A stretch of DNA of 64,000 nt from Clostridia bacterium (GCA_045604905.1 JAZUOX010000038.1:15866-79865); one strand, 5' to 3'; counted from the stretch's first letter, positions 38,336-48,041 are shown. Notes: generated from the sequence alone by a model not told the origin. Program-made: numbers and translations.

Positions 38336-39352
38336 TTGAATCTTGGTGACCTTACGAAAGACGAACTTAAAAATTACATAAAAGAAAAGGGACTTCCCGC
38401 ATTTCGTGCAGGTCAGATTTATAAGTGGATTCACGGAGGTTGTGAGTCTGCAGACGAAATGACGAATATTCCTGCGCCACTTCGGGAAAGTCTCTCGGAT
38501 GAGTTTGAGATATTTCTCCCCAAGGTTTACAAAAAGCTTGTTTCAAAGCTTGACGGGACTGTTAAATACCTTTTCAGCCTGTCTGACGGTAATATTATAG
38601 AATCCGTTGTCATGGACTATCACCACGGCAAAAGCATATGTATATCAAGCCAGGTCGGTTGCCGTATGGGGTGCAGTTTCTGTGCATCCACTCTTCACGG
38701 ACTCAGCCGTAATCTGTCTCCCTTTGAAATTGAAGGTCAGATACTGAGAGCGCAAAAAGACCTTGGCGAAAAAATTTCAAATATAGTTATTATGGGTATT
38801 GGAGAACCACTTGACAACTATGACAATGTAATGACTTTTATTAAGAATATAAACGATGTTGACGGTTGTAATATAGGGCTCAGGCACATAACTCTTTCCA
38901 CCTGCGGGCTTGCAGACAAGATTTACAAGCTTGCCGATGAAGAGCTTGCCATAAATCTGGCAATATCACTCCACGCACCGACAGACAGTGTACGGCGCGA
39001 CCTGATGCCTGTTGCAAAAGCATATTCCCTTGACGCTCTATTAAAGTCGTGCGACTATTATTTTGAAAAAACGCACAGACGAATAACTTTTGAGTATGCT
39101 CTTGTTAAAGGAAAAAATGCTTCTTATGAAGAGGCAGCGGCTCTGGCAAAACTTCTGGGTAAGCGAAACTGTCATGTAAATCTCATTCCTGTAAACCCTG
39201 TTACAGAGCGCAACAACATACGCACAAATGAAAAAGAAACCCGTGACTTTCACGCATATCTCACTCGGCTCGGCATAAATGCCACCGTGAGACGCGAGCT
39301 CGGGGCGGATATAAATGCATCCTGCGGACAGCTCCGCAACAACGAACTTTAA
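38336..39352 (+). CDS. rlmN: 23S rRNA/tRNA (adenine-C2)-methyltransferase, radical SAM
   Basis: CISSQVGCRMGCSFCAS cluster. TTG start. Confidence 0.95.
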   Translation: MNLGDLTKDELKNYIKEKGLPAFRAGQIYKWIHGGCESADEMTNIPAPLRESLSDEFEIFLPKVYKKLVSKLDGTVKYLFSLSDGNIIESVVMDYHHGKSICISSQVGCRMGCSFCASTLHGLSRNLSPFEIEGQILRAQKDLGEKISNIVIMGIGEPLDNYDNVMTFIKNINDVDGCNIGLRHITLSTCGLADKIYKLADEELAINLAISLHAPTDSVRRDLMPVAKAYSLDALLKSCDYYFEKTHRRITFEYALVKGKNASYEEAAALAKLLGKRNCHVNLIPVNPVTERNNIRTNEKETRDFHAYLTRLGINATVRRELGADINASCGQLRNNEL

Positions 39353-39374
39353 AATTTACAAGGAGGTGGTAATA

Positions 39375-40106
39375 TTGCAGATTATTTCTTTAACCGACAA
39401 AGGTAAATCCCGTTTTAATAACGAAGATTTCTGCACATCGGCAGTTATCGGGGATTGCACTGTTTTGCTTCTTGCTGATGGTATGGGCGGAGCAAACTGC
39501 GGTGAGGTTGCAAGTTCAAAGGCAGTTTCTTCTGTTCTTGAGCAATTCACGCCCAAGGTTATGAAAAACCTCTCTCTTGCAGAAATCCCTAAACTTCTGA
39601 AAAAAGTTATAGCAAAAACAAACACTCTTGTTTTTAATCTCAGTAATTCAGACGATGAGTACAGCGGAATGGGTTCTACCCTTGAGGTTTGTCTTATCAA
39701 AGACAGTACTCTGTATATTGCCCATATCGGTGACAGCCGTGTATACAAAATCTCTTCCCAAAAAGAGATTACAAAGCTGACAAAGGATCATTCACTGGTA
39801 GAATATATGATTGATTCCGGTGAACTTACCCGTGAAGAGGCACTTCACCATCCGCAGAAAAACATAATAACAAAGGCTATCGGTACAGCAAAGGATATTG
39901 AACCCGACATTATCTGTCATCCCCTTTTGCCCGGTGATGCTATCCTTTTGTGCAGTGACGGTCTGACAAATATGGTTGACGAAATGGTCATTGCAGACAT
40001 CGTTACATCAGAGGCAGAACCCGAAGAGCGCGCAAAAAAGCTTATCGATTTAGCTAATGAATCAGGCGGCACAGACAACATCTCTGTTGTGCTTGCCTTC
40101 AACTAA
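39375..40106 (+). CDS. stp: PP2C-family Ser/Thr phosphatase
   Basis: LLADGMGG, LCSDGL and GGTDNISV. The TTG at 39375 is preceded by AGGAGG. Confidence 0.9.
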   Translation: MQIISLTDKGKSRFNNEDFCTSAVIGDCTVLLLADGMGGANCGEVASSKAVSSVLEQFTPKVMKNLSLAEIPKLLKKVIAKTNTLVFNLSNSDDEYSGMGSTLEVCLIKDSTLYIAHIGDSRVYKISSQKEITKLTKDHSLVEYMIDSGELTREEALHHPQKNIITKAIGTAKDIEPDIICHPLLPGDAILLCSDGLTNMVDEMVIADIVTSEAEPEERAKKLIDLANESGGTDNISVVLAFN

Positions 40107-40116
40107 GGGGGTAATT

Positions 40117-42075
40117 ATGGAAAATATAGTACTTGGCTCAAGATATGAACTGCTTGAACGCATAGGACTTGGCGGCATGGCAGTAGTATATAAAGCAAAA
40201 GACAGAATGCTCAACAGATTTGTTGCAGTAAAAATCCTGCGTGAAGAATTTAAAGAGAATGAGGATTTTATCAGACGCTTCAAGGTAGAATCTCAGGCTG
40301 CGGCCTGCCTTTCTCATCAAAATATAGTTCAGATATACGATGTGGGTGAAGAAGACGGCATGCACTACATCGTTATGGAATTTTTAGAGGGAGATACTCT
40401 CAAAAAATACATAATTGACAAAAAAGGTGCTCTTTCTTTAAGAGAGGCAATTAACTTTTCCATGCAGATATGCCGTGCTCTGGAGCACGCTCATTCAAAA
40501 TATGTGGTACACAGAGACATCAAACCTCAGAACATTGTTATTACGGAAAACGGTAAGCTCAAGGTAACTGATTTTGGTATTGCAAGAGCTGCCAATAATA
40601 CCACGACAGTTAACGATAAAAGCACAATAGCTGTTGGCAGCGCCCACTATCTTTCTCCTGAACAGGCGCGTGGGGGCTACACAGACCACCGCAGTGATAT
40701 TTATTCACTTGGTATAGTGATGTATGAACTTTTCTGCGGAAGGCTTCCGTTTGATGCGGAAGAAAGTGTGTCTGTACTGATGCAGCACCTTCACGAAGAG
40801 CCTGTTCTTCCTACTGATGTCAATCCTGACCTTCCTCTTGGAATTGAGGCCATCATTCTTAAAGCAATGAAAAAGGAACAGCGTCTCAGATATAAAAATG
40901 CTACTGAAATTCTTCAGGACCTTGTTGCAGTCTATCAGGACCCTAATATTGAAGTAGGACTTCTTAATGCAGCCATGAGAGAAGAAGGGGCCACTACTGA
41001 AAAGGTTTCTCCCAACCGTCCTCCCCGCGTTTCGCCGCAAAAGAAAAAACCGGCATTAAGAAAGAAGAAGAAAAAGAACGTTTCCAAGACACTGATTGTT
41101 GTACTTTCCCTTCTTGCAGCGTCACTTATGCTTCTTACCCTTGCAATAAGACCTATTATCCGGATTTTCTTCACAGGTACAGGAGAAGAGGTTGAAATCC
41201 CCGATGTTGTCGGTATGCAGTATGACGAGGCACTTGATGTCGCTGATGCCGCATCCACAGACGATGTTACTTTCTCAATTGAAATAAAGAGCAAGGACTA
41301 CTCTGACGAAGAACCCGGTACTATCATTTCTCAGACTCCGGATGGAGGAGATCATGTTAAACGCGACAGAACAATTGCTGTTGTAGTCAGCAAGGGACCC
41401 GTTGTTCTTACTCTTGAGGACTACGCAGATAAAGATTATGAAAAAGTAAAGGAAGAGCTCGAAGAGCTCGGCATAAAGGTTGTAAAAGAAGACGTAACAG
41501 AGCCTGCAGGGAAAGAAGGCGTAATCCATAAACAAAATCCTAAAGAGGGAACAACTCTTGCAGAGGGTGAAACCGTAACTCTTTATGTTTATGCAAAAAC
41601 AGAAAACGTGATTGTACCTAACGTAATTAAAATGGATAAGGAAAAAGCTATTATCCTTCTTACCGAAAGGGGTCTTGAGGTAGGAGAAATAAAAGAAGAT
41701 AACTCAAGCGCACTTCCTGTTGACCAGATTTCTTACCAAAGTATCTCCCCGGATTCACGAGTTCCCATTGGCTCAAAAATCAATCTTAAATATTCAACCG
41801 GCAAAAACGAATCTGAGGAAAATCCTGAAGATAAAGCCGAGGAGGATAAAAATCCTCCTGCACAGGTCAAGCCTTTCAGCATAAAGCTTTCTGGGCTTCC
41901 AAAAGATAAGGATACTGTCAGAATCAAACTGGTTCACGACGGAAAAATCTACTATGAAAAAGATTTTTCCACAGGTTCCGGCAATGCCACTGTGCAGATA
42001 GAGACCGATAAGTCTCTCAGTCTGGATGTGTATTATGACGGAGTATATATCACAACGAAAGAGGTAAAATATTGA
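40117..42075 (+). CDS. prkC: Ser/Thr protein kinase with PASTA repeats
   Basis: GGMAVVYKAKD, HRDIKPQN, DFGIAR, a TM helix and repeated PASTA-like segments. The ATG is at 40117. Confidence 0.95.
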   Translation: MENIVLGSRYELLERIGLGGMAVVYKAKDRMLNRFVAVKILREEFKENEDFIRRFKVESQAAACLSHQNIVQIYDVGEEDGMHYIVMEFLEGDTLKKYIIDKKGALSLREAINFSMQICRALEHAHSKYVVHRDIKPQNIVITENGKLKVTDFGIARAANNTTTVNDKSTIAVGSAHYLSPEQARGGYTDHRSDIYSLGIVMYELFCGRLPFDAEESVSVLMQHLHEEPVLPTDVNPDLPLGIEAIILKAMKKEQRLRYKNATEILQDLVAVYQDPNIEVGLLNAAMREEGATTEKVSPNRPPRVSPQKKKPALRKKKKKNVSKTLIVVLSLLAASLMLLTLAIRPIIRIFFTGTGEEVEIPDVVGMQYDEALDVADAASTDDVTFSIEIKSKDYSDEEPGTIISQTPDGGDHVKRDRTIAVVVSKGPVVLTLEDYADKDYEKVKEELEELGIKVVKEDVTEPAGKEGVIHKQNPKEGTTLAEGETVTLYVYAKTENVIVPNVIKMDKEKAIILLTERGLEVGEIKEDNSSALPVDQISYQSISPDSRVPIGSKINLKYSTGKNESEENPEDKAEEDKNPPAQVKPFSIKLSGLPKDKDTVRIKLVHDGKIYYEKDFSTGSGNATVQIETDKSLSLDVYYDGVYITTKEVKY

Positions 42076-42959
42076 TTTCACAAGAACTTACCGGAACAAT
42101 TTTAAAGGGAATCAGCGGTTTTTACTATGTAAGTACCTCGAATGGTATTATTGAGTGTCACGCCAGAGGTAAATTCCGCAAAAAGGATCTTTCCCCCATT
42201 GTGGGAGACCGCATTACGCTGTCTCTTTCTCCCGACGGCACAGGCAGTATTGACTCAATTTTTGAGAGAAGAAATTCTCTCGTCCGTCCCGAGGTTGCAA
42301 ATGTGGATACCCTCGTTCTGGTGTCTGCGATAGCGTCTCCCCTCCCTGATTTTTCGCTGATTGACAAGCTTCTCGTCATTGCTGAAAGCAAAGGTATAGA
42401 AGGGGTTATATGTATCAATAAAACGGACCTCGCGCCGTCCGATGACGCCAGGGCTTTTTGCGATATTTACACAAAAGCAGGTTATAAAACAATTATAGCA
42501 AGCGCAAAAACAGGAGAAGGTACAGATGCACTGAAAGATATTATTAAAGGAAAAACCGTAGCCTTTGCAGGTCTTTCCGGAGTAGGAAAATCAAGTCTTT
42601 TAAAGCGCGTTACAGGTCTTGACCTGCAGACTGGCAGTGTAAGCAAAATTGAGCGTGGGAAACACACCACACGCCATGTGGAACTTATGGAGGCATGCGG
42701 CGGTTTTGTATTTGACACTCCCGGCTTTTCACGACTTGAGGCAGACGAGCTGTACTCAAATGACCTATGGCAGTATTTTCCTGAAATTTCCCGTTTTCAC
42801 GGTGAGTGCCGCTTCCGCACCTGCAACCATGTGGGAGAGCCCGGTTGCAAAGTTGCAGAAGCTGTGGATGAAGGACTTATTGCACAGAGCCGCTACGATA
42901 ACTATGTTGTACTTTTTAACAAACTTAAAGATATAAAGGACTGGCAGAGAAAGGACTAA
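42072..42959 (+). CDS. rsgA: Ribosome small-subunit-dependent GTPase A
   Basis: AFAGLSGVGKSSLLK and the C-terminal Cys cluster CRFRTCNHVGEPGC. The TTG start overlaps the prkC stop. Confidence 0.95.
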   Translation: MISQELTGTILKGISGFYYVSTSNGIIECHARGKFRKKDLSPIVGDRITLSLSPDGTGSIDSIFERRNSLVRPEVANVDTLVLVSAIASPLPDFSLIDKLLVIAESKGIEGVICINKTDLAPSDDARAFCDIYTKAGYKTIIASAKTGEGTDALKDIIKGKTVAFAGLSGVGKSSLLKRVTGLDLQTGSVSKIERGKHTTRHVELMEACGGFVFDTPGFSRLEADELYSNDLWQYFPEISRFHGECRFRTCNHVGEPGCKVAEAVDEGLIAQSRYDNYVVLFNKLKDIKDWQRKD

Positions 42960-42963
42960 AAAA

Positions 42964-43620
42964 ATGATTAAAATAGCACCATCTATACTTTCAGCAGATT
43001 TCGGCAATTTAAGAGAGGATGTGCGTCTTGTCGAACAATCAGGGGCAGACTGGTTACACATAGACATTATGGACGGGCACTTTGTTCCCAATCTTACAAT
43101 GGGACCCGATGTTGTAAAGTCTATCCGCAAAAACTCAAAGTTGTTTTTTGACTGTCATCTGATGATAACGGATCCCGAAAAATACGCACCCAAGTTTATT
43201 GAAGCAGGAGCAGAGCTTATAACATTCCACGCAGAATGTGTAGAGGATATGGCATCTCTTGCAGATAAGCTTCATGCGCTTGGTGTAAAGGTAGGCATAT
43301 CCGTTAATCCCGCCACACCTATTGACAAAGTTCTCAAGGTCCTTGATAAAATCGACCTTGTGCTTATAATGAGTGTTGTTCCCGGATTTGGCGGACAGAA
43401 ATTTATGGGAGAGGTGCTTTCCAAGGCTAAAGAGATAAGAGAAGCTGAGGGCGGAAAGAACATTATAATCGAAATTGACGGCGGTATTAACCCCGAAACC
43501 GCTCCTCTTGCAGCAAAGGCAGGAATTGATGTACTTGTGGCAGGCAGCGCCGTATTTGGCAAGCCATCCTACAAAGATGCCATTGATTCTATCAGAAATG
43601 CTGCGGAGGCAGTATTATGA
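42964..43620 (+). CDS. rpe: Ribulose-phosphate 3-epimerase
   Basis: IAPSILSADF, HIDIMDGHFVPN and MSVVPGFGGQKF. Confidence 0.95.
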   Translation: MIKIAPSILSADFGNLREDVRLVEQSGADWLHIDIMDGHFVPNLTMGPDVVKSIRKNSKLFFDCHLMITDPEKYAPKFIEAGAELITFHAECVEDMASLADKLHALGVKVGISVNPATPIDKVLKVLDKIDLVLIMSVVPGFGGQKFMGEVLSKAKEIREAEGGKNIIIEIDGGINPETAPLAAKAGIDVLVAGSAVFGKPSYKDAIDSIRNAAEAVL

Positions 43621-44138
43621 GTAGCGAAAAAGCAGTTCTCCGAAGAGAACTGCTTTCTTTAAGAAAATCTCTGCCTAAGGCTACGCTCTGTTATGACAGC
43701 CTTTTGTCAATACCGGAATTCAAGGCGGCAAAAACGGTTTTTTGCTATGTTTCCGCCAAGGGAGAAGTTGATACAACTAAGCTTCTGTCTGATATAGCAA
43801 AAGAAAAGGTGCTAACCGTTCCTTATTGTATCGATACAAGAGGAAATATGATTGCCGTCAGAACGAATGACGTCTCAGACCTTGTTGAAGGACATTTCGG
43901 AATTCCGGAGCCGAAAAATCCCATAGAGTTTCCCAAAAAAGAAATTGATTTTGTTATAGTGCCTGCAATTGCATTTTCAAAAGACGGCTACCGTCTTGGC
44001 TACGGCAAAGGCTACTATGACAGATTTCTTTCAGACATTACTCCTTACAAGCTCGGAGTTTGCAAAAAAGAACTTTTGCTGGAAAATCTCCCTCACGATG
44101 AATATGATGTAAGGGTAGACAGAATATTAGTTATATAA
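43617..44138 (+). CDS. 5-formyltetrahydrofolate cyclo-ligase
   Basis: 173 aa. N-terminal K..LRRELLSLRKSL, with VPAIAFSKDGYRLGYGKGYYDR. Confidence 0.85.
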   Translation: MSSEKAVLRRELLSLRKSLPKATLCYDSLLSIPEFKAAKTVFCYVSAKGEVDTTKLLSDIAKEKVLTVPYCIDTRGNMIAVRTNDVSDLVEGHFGIPEPKNPIEFPKKEIDFVIVPAIAFSKDGYRLGYGKGYYDRFLSDITPYKLGVCKKELLLENLPHDEYDVRVDRILVI

Positions 44139-44168
44139 CAAAGCATGCCGCTGCACTACTATGACAGA

Positions 44169-45338
44169 TTAAATTTCAAATACTTTCTGCGGATAGTTTG
44201 TAAGATTTTCACAACCGTCTTTCGTAACGCGGATAACATCCTCCATGCGAAGACCTTTCTTATACTTTCCGTTACCGAGGAAAATATCACAGCAGAAAGT
44301 CATATTTTCTTTGAGAATCCATTCCGAATTACTTTCAACCCAGGGAGCTTCACCCTCCATAAGGCCATTACCGTGGCAAGGTCCGTAAAGAAGCCAGTCA
44401 CCGTAGCCTGCCTCTGTGATGTTCTTTTCGTAAAGACGTGCAAGCTCACCTGCACAAAGTCCGTCACGGATGTTGTTAAATACTGTATTCTGTCCTATAT
44501 AGCCTGCGGCAATAAGTTTCTTTTCATCTTCAGATGCTTTGCCGAAGATTACAGGACGACCGATTGAAGAAGCATAACCCTCATAACGTGCTCCAATCTG
44601 CAGAAATGTAAAGTCACCGGGCTTGATTTTTTTCTGTCTTGCACGGCTGATTGCCTGATCACTGCCATCACCTGTAAGCACCCAAAGAGGATAGCTTTCT
44701 CTTTCAGCGCCAAGCTCGTGCATTTTACCCAGAGCAACACCCACAACCTGTGTTTCTGTCATTCCGGGATGAATATTTTCAAGAACATAGTCAAAAGTCT
44801 TTCTTGTGATTTCTGCAGCCTTACGCATACAACGAAGCTCATTTTCTGTCTTAATCATACGAAGGTCGTTAAGAAGATAGTCTCCTCTTACGATATTTTC
44901 TTCCTTGAATACTTCTTTAAGCGCAGAATATACACCGATTGTCATTAAGGGATAGCCTGCAACATAGATTTTTTCTGGAATGTCTTTACCGAGCATTTCC
45001 TCGAAAAGTCCTCTGAAGGTATCAAGAGGTTTTCCGGGATATTCAGGTTCTGAAGACTCACGGAATGCCTTGAGAAGCCTTACTTCGGGGATTCTTGTGC
45101 GGTCGCTTGCATAAGTAAAGCTCTCGGGTCCGATAAGGAGCTTCGGCTCGCCTGTCTGCGCAACAAGTACACCTGCTGTTTCGAATGAAGGCCAGTAGTC
45201 AGAAAGATATCTTACATACTGGGGCTCTGCCTCGTTACCGTAAGCAAGGAACAGTTCAATACTGTCCTTTTTCATTTTCTCCTGTAATTTCTTTATTCTT
45301 AATTTAAATTCTTCATTGGGAATCATTATTCTTTCCAT
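44169..45338 (-). CDS. M24-family (creatinase/prolidase fold) hydrolase
   Basis: Creatinase/prolidase N-domain plus a pita-bread domain (GLRMEDVIRVT). The ATG at 45338 has AGGAAG 7 nt upstream. The track start at 45356 lacks an RBS. Confidence 0.8.
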   Translation of the reverse strand: MERIMIPNEEFKLRIKKLQEKMKKDSIELFLAYGNEAEPQYVRYLSDYWPSFETAGVLVAQTGEPKLLIGPESFTYASDRTRIPEVRLLKAFRESSEPEYPGKPLDTFRGLFEEMLGKDIPEKIYVAGYPLMTIGVYSALKEVFKEENIVRGDYLLNDLRMIKTENELRCMRKAAEITRKTFDYVLENIHPGMTETQVVGVALGKMHELGAERESYPLWVLTGDGSDQAISRARQKKIKPGDFTFLQIGARYEGYASSIGRPVIFGKASEDEKKLIAAGYIGQNTVFNNIRDGLCAGELARLYEKNITEAGYGDWLLYGPCHGNGLMEGEAPWVESNSEWILKENMTFCCDIFLGNGKYKKGLRMEDVIRVTKDGCENLTNYPQKVFEI

Positions 45339-45363
45339 TAGTCGTCTTCCTTTCATAAGTTCG

Positions 45364-45410
45364 AAATGTAAAATTCGAAATGTTCGTTTCGCACTTCGAA
45401 TTTTACATTT
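45364..45410. repeat. 16-bp perfect inverted repeat AAATGTAAAATTCGAA / TTCGAATTTTACATTT with a 15-nt spacer
   Basis: Read directly. The arms are at 45364-45379 and 45395-45410, between the phosphotriesterase-homology and M24 genes. Confidence 0.9.
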
Positions 45411-45413
45411 TTA

Positions 45414-46457
45414 TTATTCCTTTCCGCAAAGAAAATCTGCGGAATTATCAATTAACATAGCATCTATATCTTCCTGACTTATTCCCTCTTCAAGCATTAC
45501 GGGAACAAGGTTACGGAGTAGATGGTCATATCCCCAACCGCCGTATGACCTGAGAAGTGTCTTAAGACAAACGTCACAGCTTAAAAGAATCTGATCGCGG
45601 TATCCTTCTTCGATAAGTCTTTTCAGAAGACGGATTCTTTCAACGTCGCTGATGAAAAGGCCGTAACCGCTGTTGCGTGCATCTTTGTCAACATAGTATT
45701 CTTTACCGAAGTTGTCAAACTCAACATACACGCCTTTTTCAAGGAGTCCGTGGATATAGTCAATCTTACCCTCAACGTCAATATGGGAAATACAGATTTT
45801 CTCAGGCTTAACACCTTCCGAAAGAAGGATATCTGCCGCCTCTGTACCGTTTTCTGTCCAGGGGTTAATATGTACGTTGATTGCAACGCCTGTTTTCTTC
45901 TGCGCAATACCCGCCGCACGGAGAACGCGACGCTCGTTATCGTTAAACACTTCGCTTATACCGATTTCACCGATTATGCCCGCTTTTATGTCTGTTCCGT
46001 CAAGACCAACCTCAACCTCTTTTACTATTGTGTCTGCAATTTCTTCAAGAGTCATTTTGCTGAGTTCTTCAGGGTGTGTTGAATACACATAATAGCCTGC
46101 ACCAGCTATGATATTAACGCCTGTGTTTTCAGAAATTTTTCTGAGCGCCTTCGGGTCACGGCCGATGCCCTTTGTAGTAGCATCAACAATAGTCTGACCG
46201 CCTGCTTTTTTGAAGTAGCTGAGTTCTCTTTGCTGAGTTTCAAAATCGAGCATTGTAAGGTTGTCCTTAAGTGCGTAAGGGTCACGGTTAAGAACACCAA
46301 GGTTTTCGATAGCGACCTTCACATTTTCAGAATTGTCAAAATCTTTTATTTCTCTGGGAGTGTAAAACGCAGAAATGTCAATAAATACATGCTCATGGGG
46401 ACTTGTTACTCCAAGCTCTTCTCTTGAAAGATCCCCTGTTACGCTTTGTACTTTCAT
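45414..46457 (-). CDS. Phosphotriesterase-homology protein (amidohydrolase superfamily)
   Basis: The N-terminal GVTSPHEHVFID metal-binding motif and the PHP-family length (347 aa). Confidence 0.85.
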   Translation of the reverse strand: MKVQSVTGDLSREELGVTSPHEHVFIDISAFYTPREIKDFDNSENVKVAIENLGVLNRDPYALKDNLTMLDFETQQRELSYFKKAGGQTIVDATTKGIGRDPKALRKISENTGVNIIAGAGYYVYSTHPEELSKMTLEEIADTIVKEVEVGLDGTDIKAGIIGEIGISEVFNDNERRVLRAAGIAQKKTGVAINVHINPWTENGTEAADILLSEGVKPEKICISHIDVEGKIDYIHGLLEKGVYVEFDNFGKEYYVDKDARNSGYGLFISDVERIRLLKRLIEEGYRDQILLSCDVCLKTLLRSYGGWGYDHLLRNLVPVMLEEGISQEDIDAMLIDNSADFLCGKE

Positions 46458-46550
46458 AAAATCATCCTCCTTTGCTTTTATTTTAATATATATACTTATT
46501 TTAACAAATAGGTAATTACAACTTTAAATTAGTAAATTTAATCTTACTTG

Positions 46551-46580
46551 TTGACAAAAAGATTTTTTCCATTTTATAAT
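46551..46580 (+). promoter_or_regulatory. Sigma-A promoter of the AraC gene
   Basis: TTGACA (46551-46556), 18 nt spacer, TATAAT (46575-46580). Confidence 0.6.
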
Positions 46581-46597
46581 GAATTCAGGTGATAATT

Positions 46598-47503
46598 ATG
46601 CACGAACCGAAAATTTTTGAAAACAACGTACCCGTTTTCACCCGTGAGGACTTTTTTCGCGACAATGAAAGCGTCTATATTCAGCTATCCGACGAATTCA
46701 AGGAATATGTGGGTATTTTGCACAAACACGAATTTATAGAAATAGTCTATATCATCTCAGGCAGAGCGACCCATATAATTGACGGAAAAAGTTATCAGGT
46801 AAAAAAGGGAGATATATCTGTAATTAACCGAAAAGAGGAGCACTGCTTTTTTGCAGATGAGGAATACGAGGAAAAATTTATTGCATATGATCTTATGTTT
46901 ACTCCTGATTTTCTGAATAATGATATTCTTTCGGGAGAGGATTTTTCAATCCTTTCAAATTCATTTCTGTTCTACTCCCTGTTCCCTGATGAAAACGGTT
47001 ACATACGCCGTCTTAACCTGATTGAAAACTGTAATTTTGAATTTGGCAGTATCTTTGATAAAATTTATTACGAATATAAAAACAGACAAACAGGATACCT
47101 TAATCTTATCAGGGTTTACACTGCGGAGCTTATAATAAAGCTTTTCCGGAAAATAGAAAGTTGTCAGCAAAATCTTCTGACTGCATCGCAGAAGGATATT
47201 GTCAACAGTGTTATAGACTATATAAAGACTAACTATAATATCAGCATACGAATGGAGGATATTTCCTCAAAGCTGTTCTTTAACAAAAACTATATCGGAA
47301 AACTTTTCAAGCAGGAAACCGGTATGCCGGTATCAGATTTCATCCGGGAAATCCGTATAAATGAGGCGTGCCGTCAGCTTAAGGAAACAAATAAAATTAT
47401 AACCAATATTGCCCCTTCCTGCGGATATAATGATATGAAGTCATTTTATGCGGCTTTTAAAAAAAGTACAGGAATGACGCCAAAAGAATATAGAAATAGG
47501 TAA
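46598..47503 (+). CDS. AraC-family transcriptional regulator (cupin + HTH)
   Basis: C-terminal HTH (NYIGKLFKQETGMPVSDFIREIRINEA..GYNDMKSFYAAFKKSTGMTPKEY). The ATG at 46598 follows AGGTGA. Confidence 0.9.
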   Translation: MHEPKIFENNVPVFTREDFFRDNESVYIQLSDEFKEYVGILHKHEFIEIVYIISGRATHIIDGKSYQVKKGDISVINRKEEHCFFADEEYEEKFIAYDLMFTPDFLNNDILSGEDFSILSNSFLFYSLFPDENGYIRRLNLIENCNFEFGSIFDKIYYEYKNRQTGYLNLIRVYTAELIIKLFRKIESCQQNLLTASQKDIVNSVIDYIKTNYNISIRMEDISSKLFFNKNYIGKLFKQETGMPVSDFIREIRINEACRQLKETNKIITNIAPSCGYNDMKSFYAAFKKSTGMTPKEYRNR

Positions 47504-47514
47504 TTCTTAATGCG

Positions 47515-47535
47515 AAGTTCGAAATTCGAAATGTA
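47515..47535. repeat. Shorter copy of the TTCGAAAT-type repeat seen at 45357-45383
   Basis: AAGTTCGAAATTCGAAATGTA here, against AAGTTCGAAATGTAAAATTCGAAATGT at 45357-45383. Both are in the same orientation. Confidence 0.7.
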
Positions 47536-47538
47536 TGA

Positions 47539-47569
47539 AGGTTTTGCACAGGCAAAACCTTTTTATTTT
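47539..47569 (+). terminator. Intrinsic terminator of the AraC gene
   Basis: Stem AGGTTTTGC / GCAAAACCT with a 4-nt loop, followed by TTTTTATTTT. Confidence 0.8.
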
Positions 47570-47579
47570 ATTTCTTTAC

Positions 47580-47608
47580 TTGACATTTTAACCATTTCAG
47601 TGTAAAAT
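47580..47608 (+). promoter_or_regulatory. Sigma-A promoter of the zur-znuCB operon
   Basis: TTGACA (47580-47585), 17 nt spacer, TAAAAT (47603-47608). Confidence 0.7.
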
Positions 47609-47624
47609 TGAGAATGATTCTCAA
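47608..47624. promoter_or_regulatory. Fur-family (Zur) operator, perfect 8-1-8 palindrome
   Basis: TTGAGAATgATTCTCAA overlaps the -10 and +1 region. It resembles the 7-1-7 TGATAATnATTATCA class of Fur/Zur boxes. Confidence 0.65.
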
Positions 47625-47640
47625 ATTATGAGGTGTCTCT

Positions 47641-48033
47641 ATGAAAAGCGATTATAAAACAAAGCAAAAAACGGCTCTCTTTGATTTTTTCCTTGAAAAC
47701 GGCTCGCGCCATATAACTGCGGCAGAAATCGTTGAGAAGCTTTCTGAAAGCGGAACAAAAATCGGCACAGCAACGGTATACCGCCATCTGGACAAATTGG
47801 TTTCAGACGGTTTTCTCAAAAAATACATTACTGACGGCAGAGCCTGTTATCAGTACGGCGGGGAATGTCACGGCAATCATTTCCATCTCAAATGCACAGG
47901 GTGTGGCACGCTTTTTCACGTTGATTGCGATTTTCTTGAAAGCCTTGCTCCGCACATTCTTGAACATCACAAATTCAGAGTGGATAACACACGCACGGTT
48001 ATGTACGGATTATGTAAAAACTGCAGTCAGTGA
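47641..48033 (+). CDS. zur: Fur-family metalloregulator, probably Zur
   Basis: Winged HTH plus the structural-zinc pairs CTGCG..CKNC. It sits directly upstream of the metal ABC genes. Confidence 0.8.
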   Translation: MKSDYKTKQKTALFDFFLENGSRHITAAEIVEKLSESGTKIGTATVYRHLDKLVSDGFLKKYITDGRACYQYGGECHGNHFHLKCTGCGTLFHVDCDFLESLAPHILEHHKFRVDNTRTVMYGLCKNCSQ

Positions 48034-48041
48034 GGTATTTT

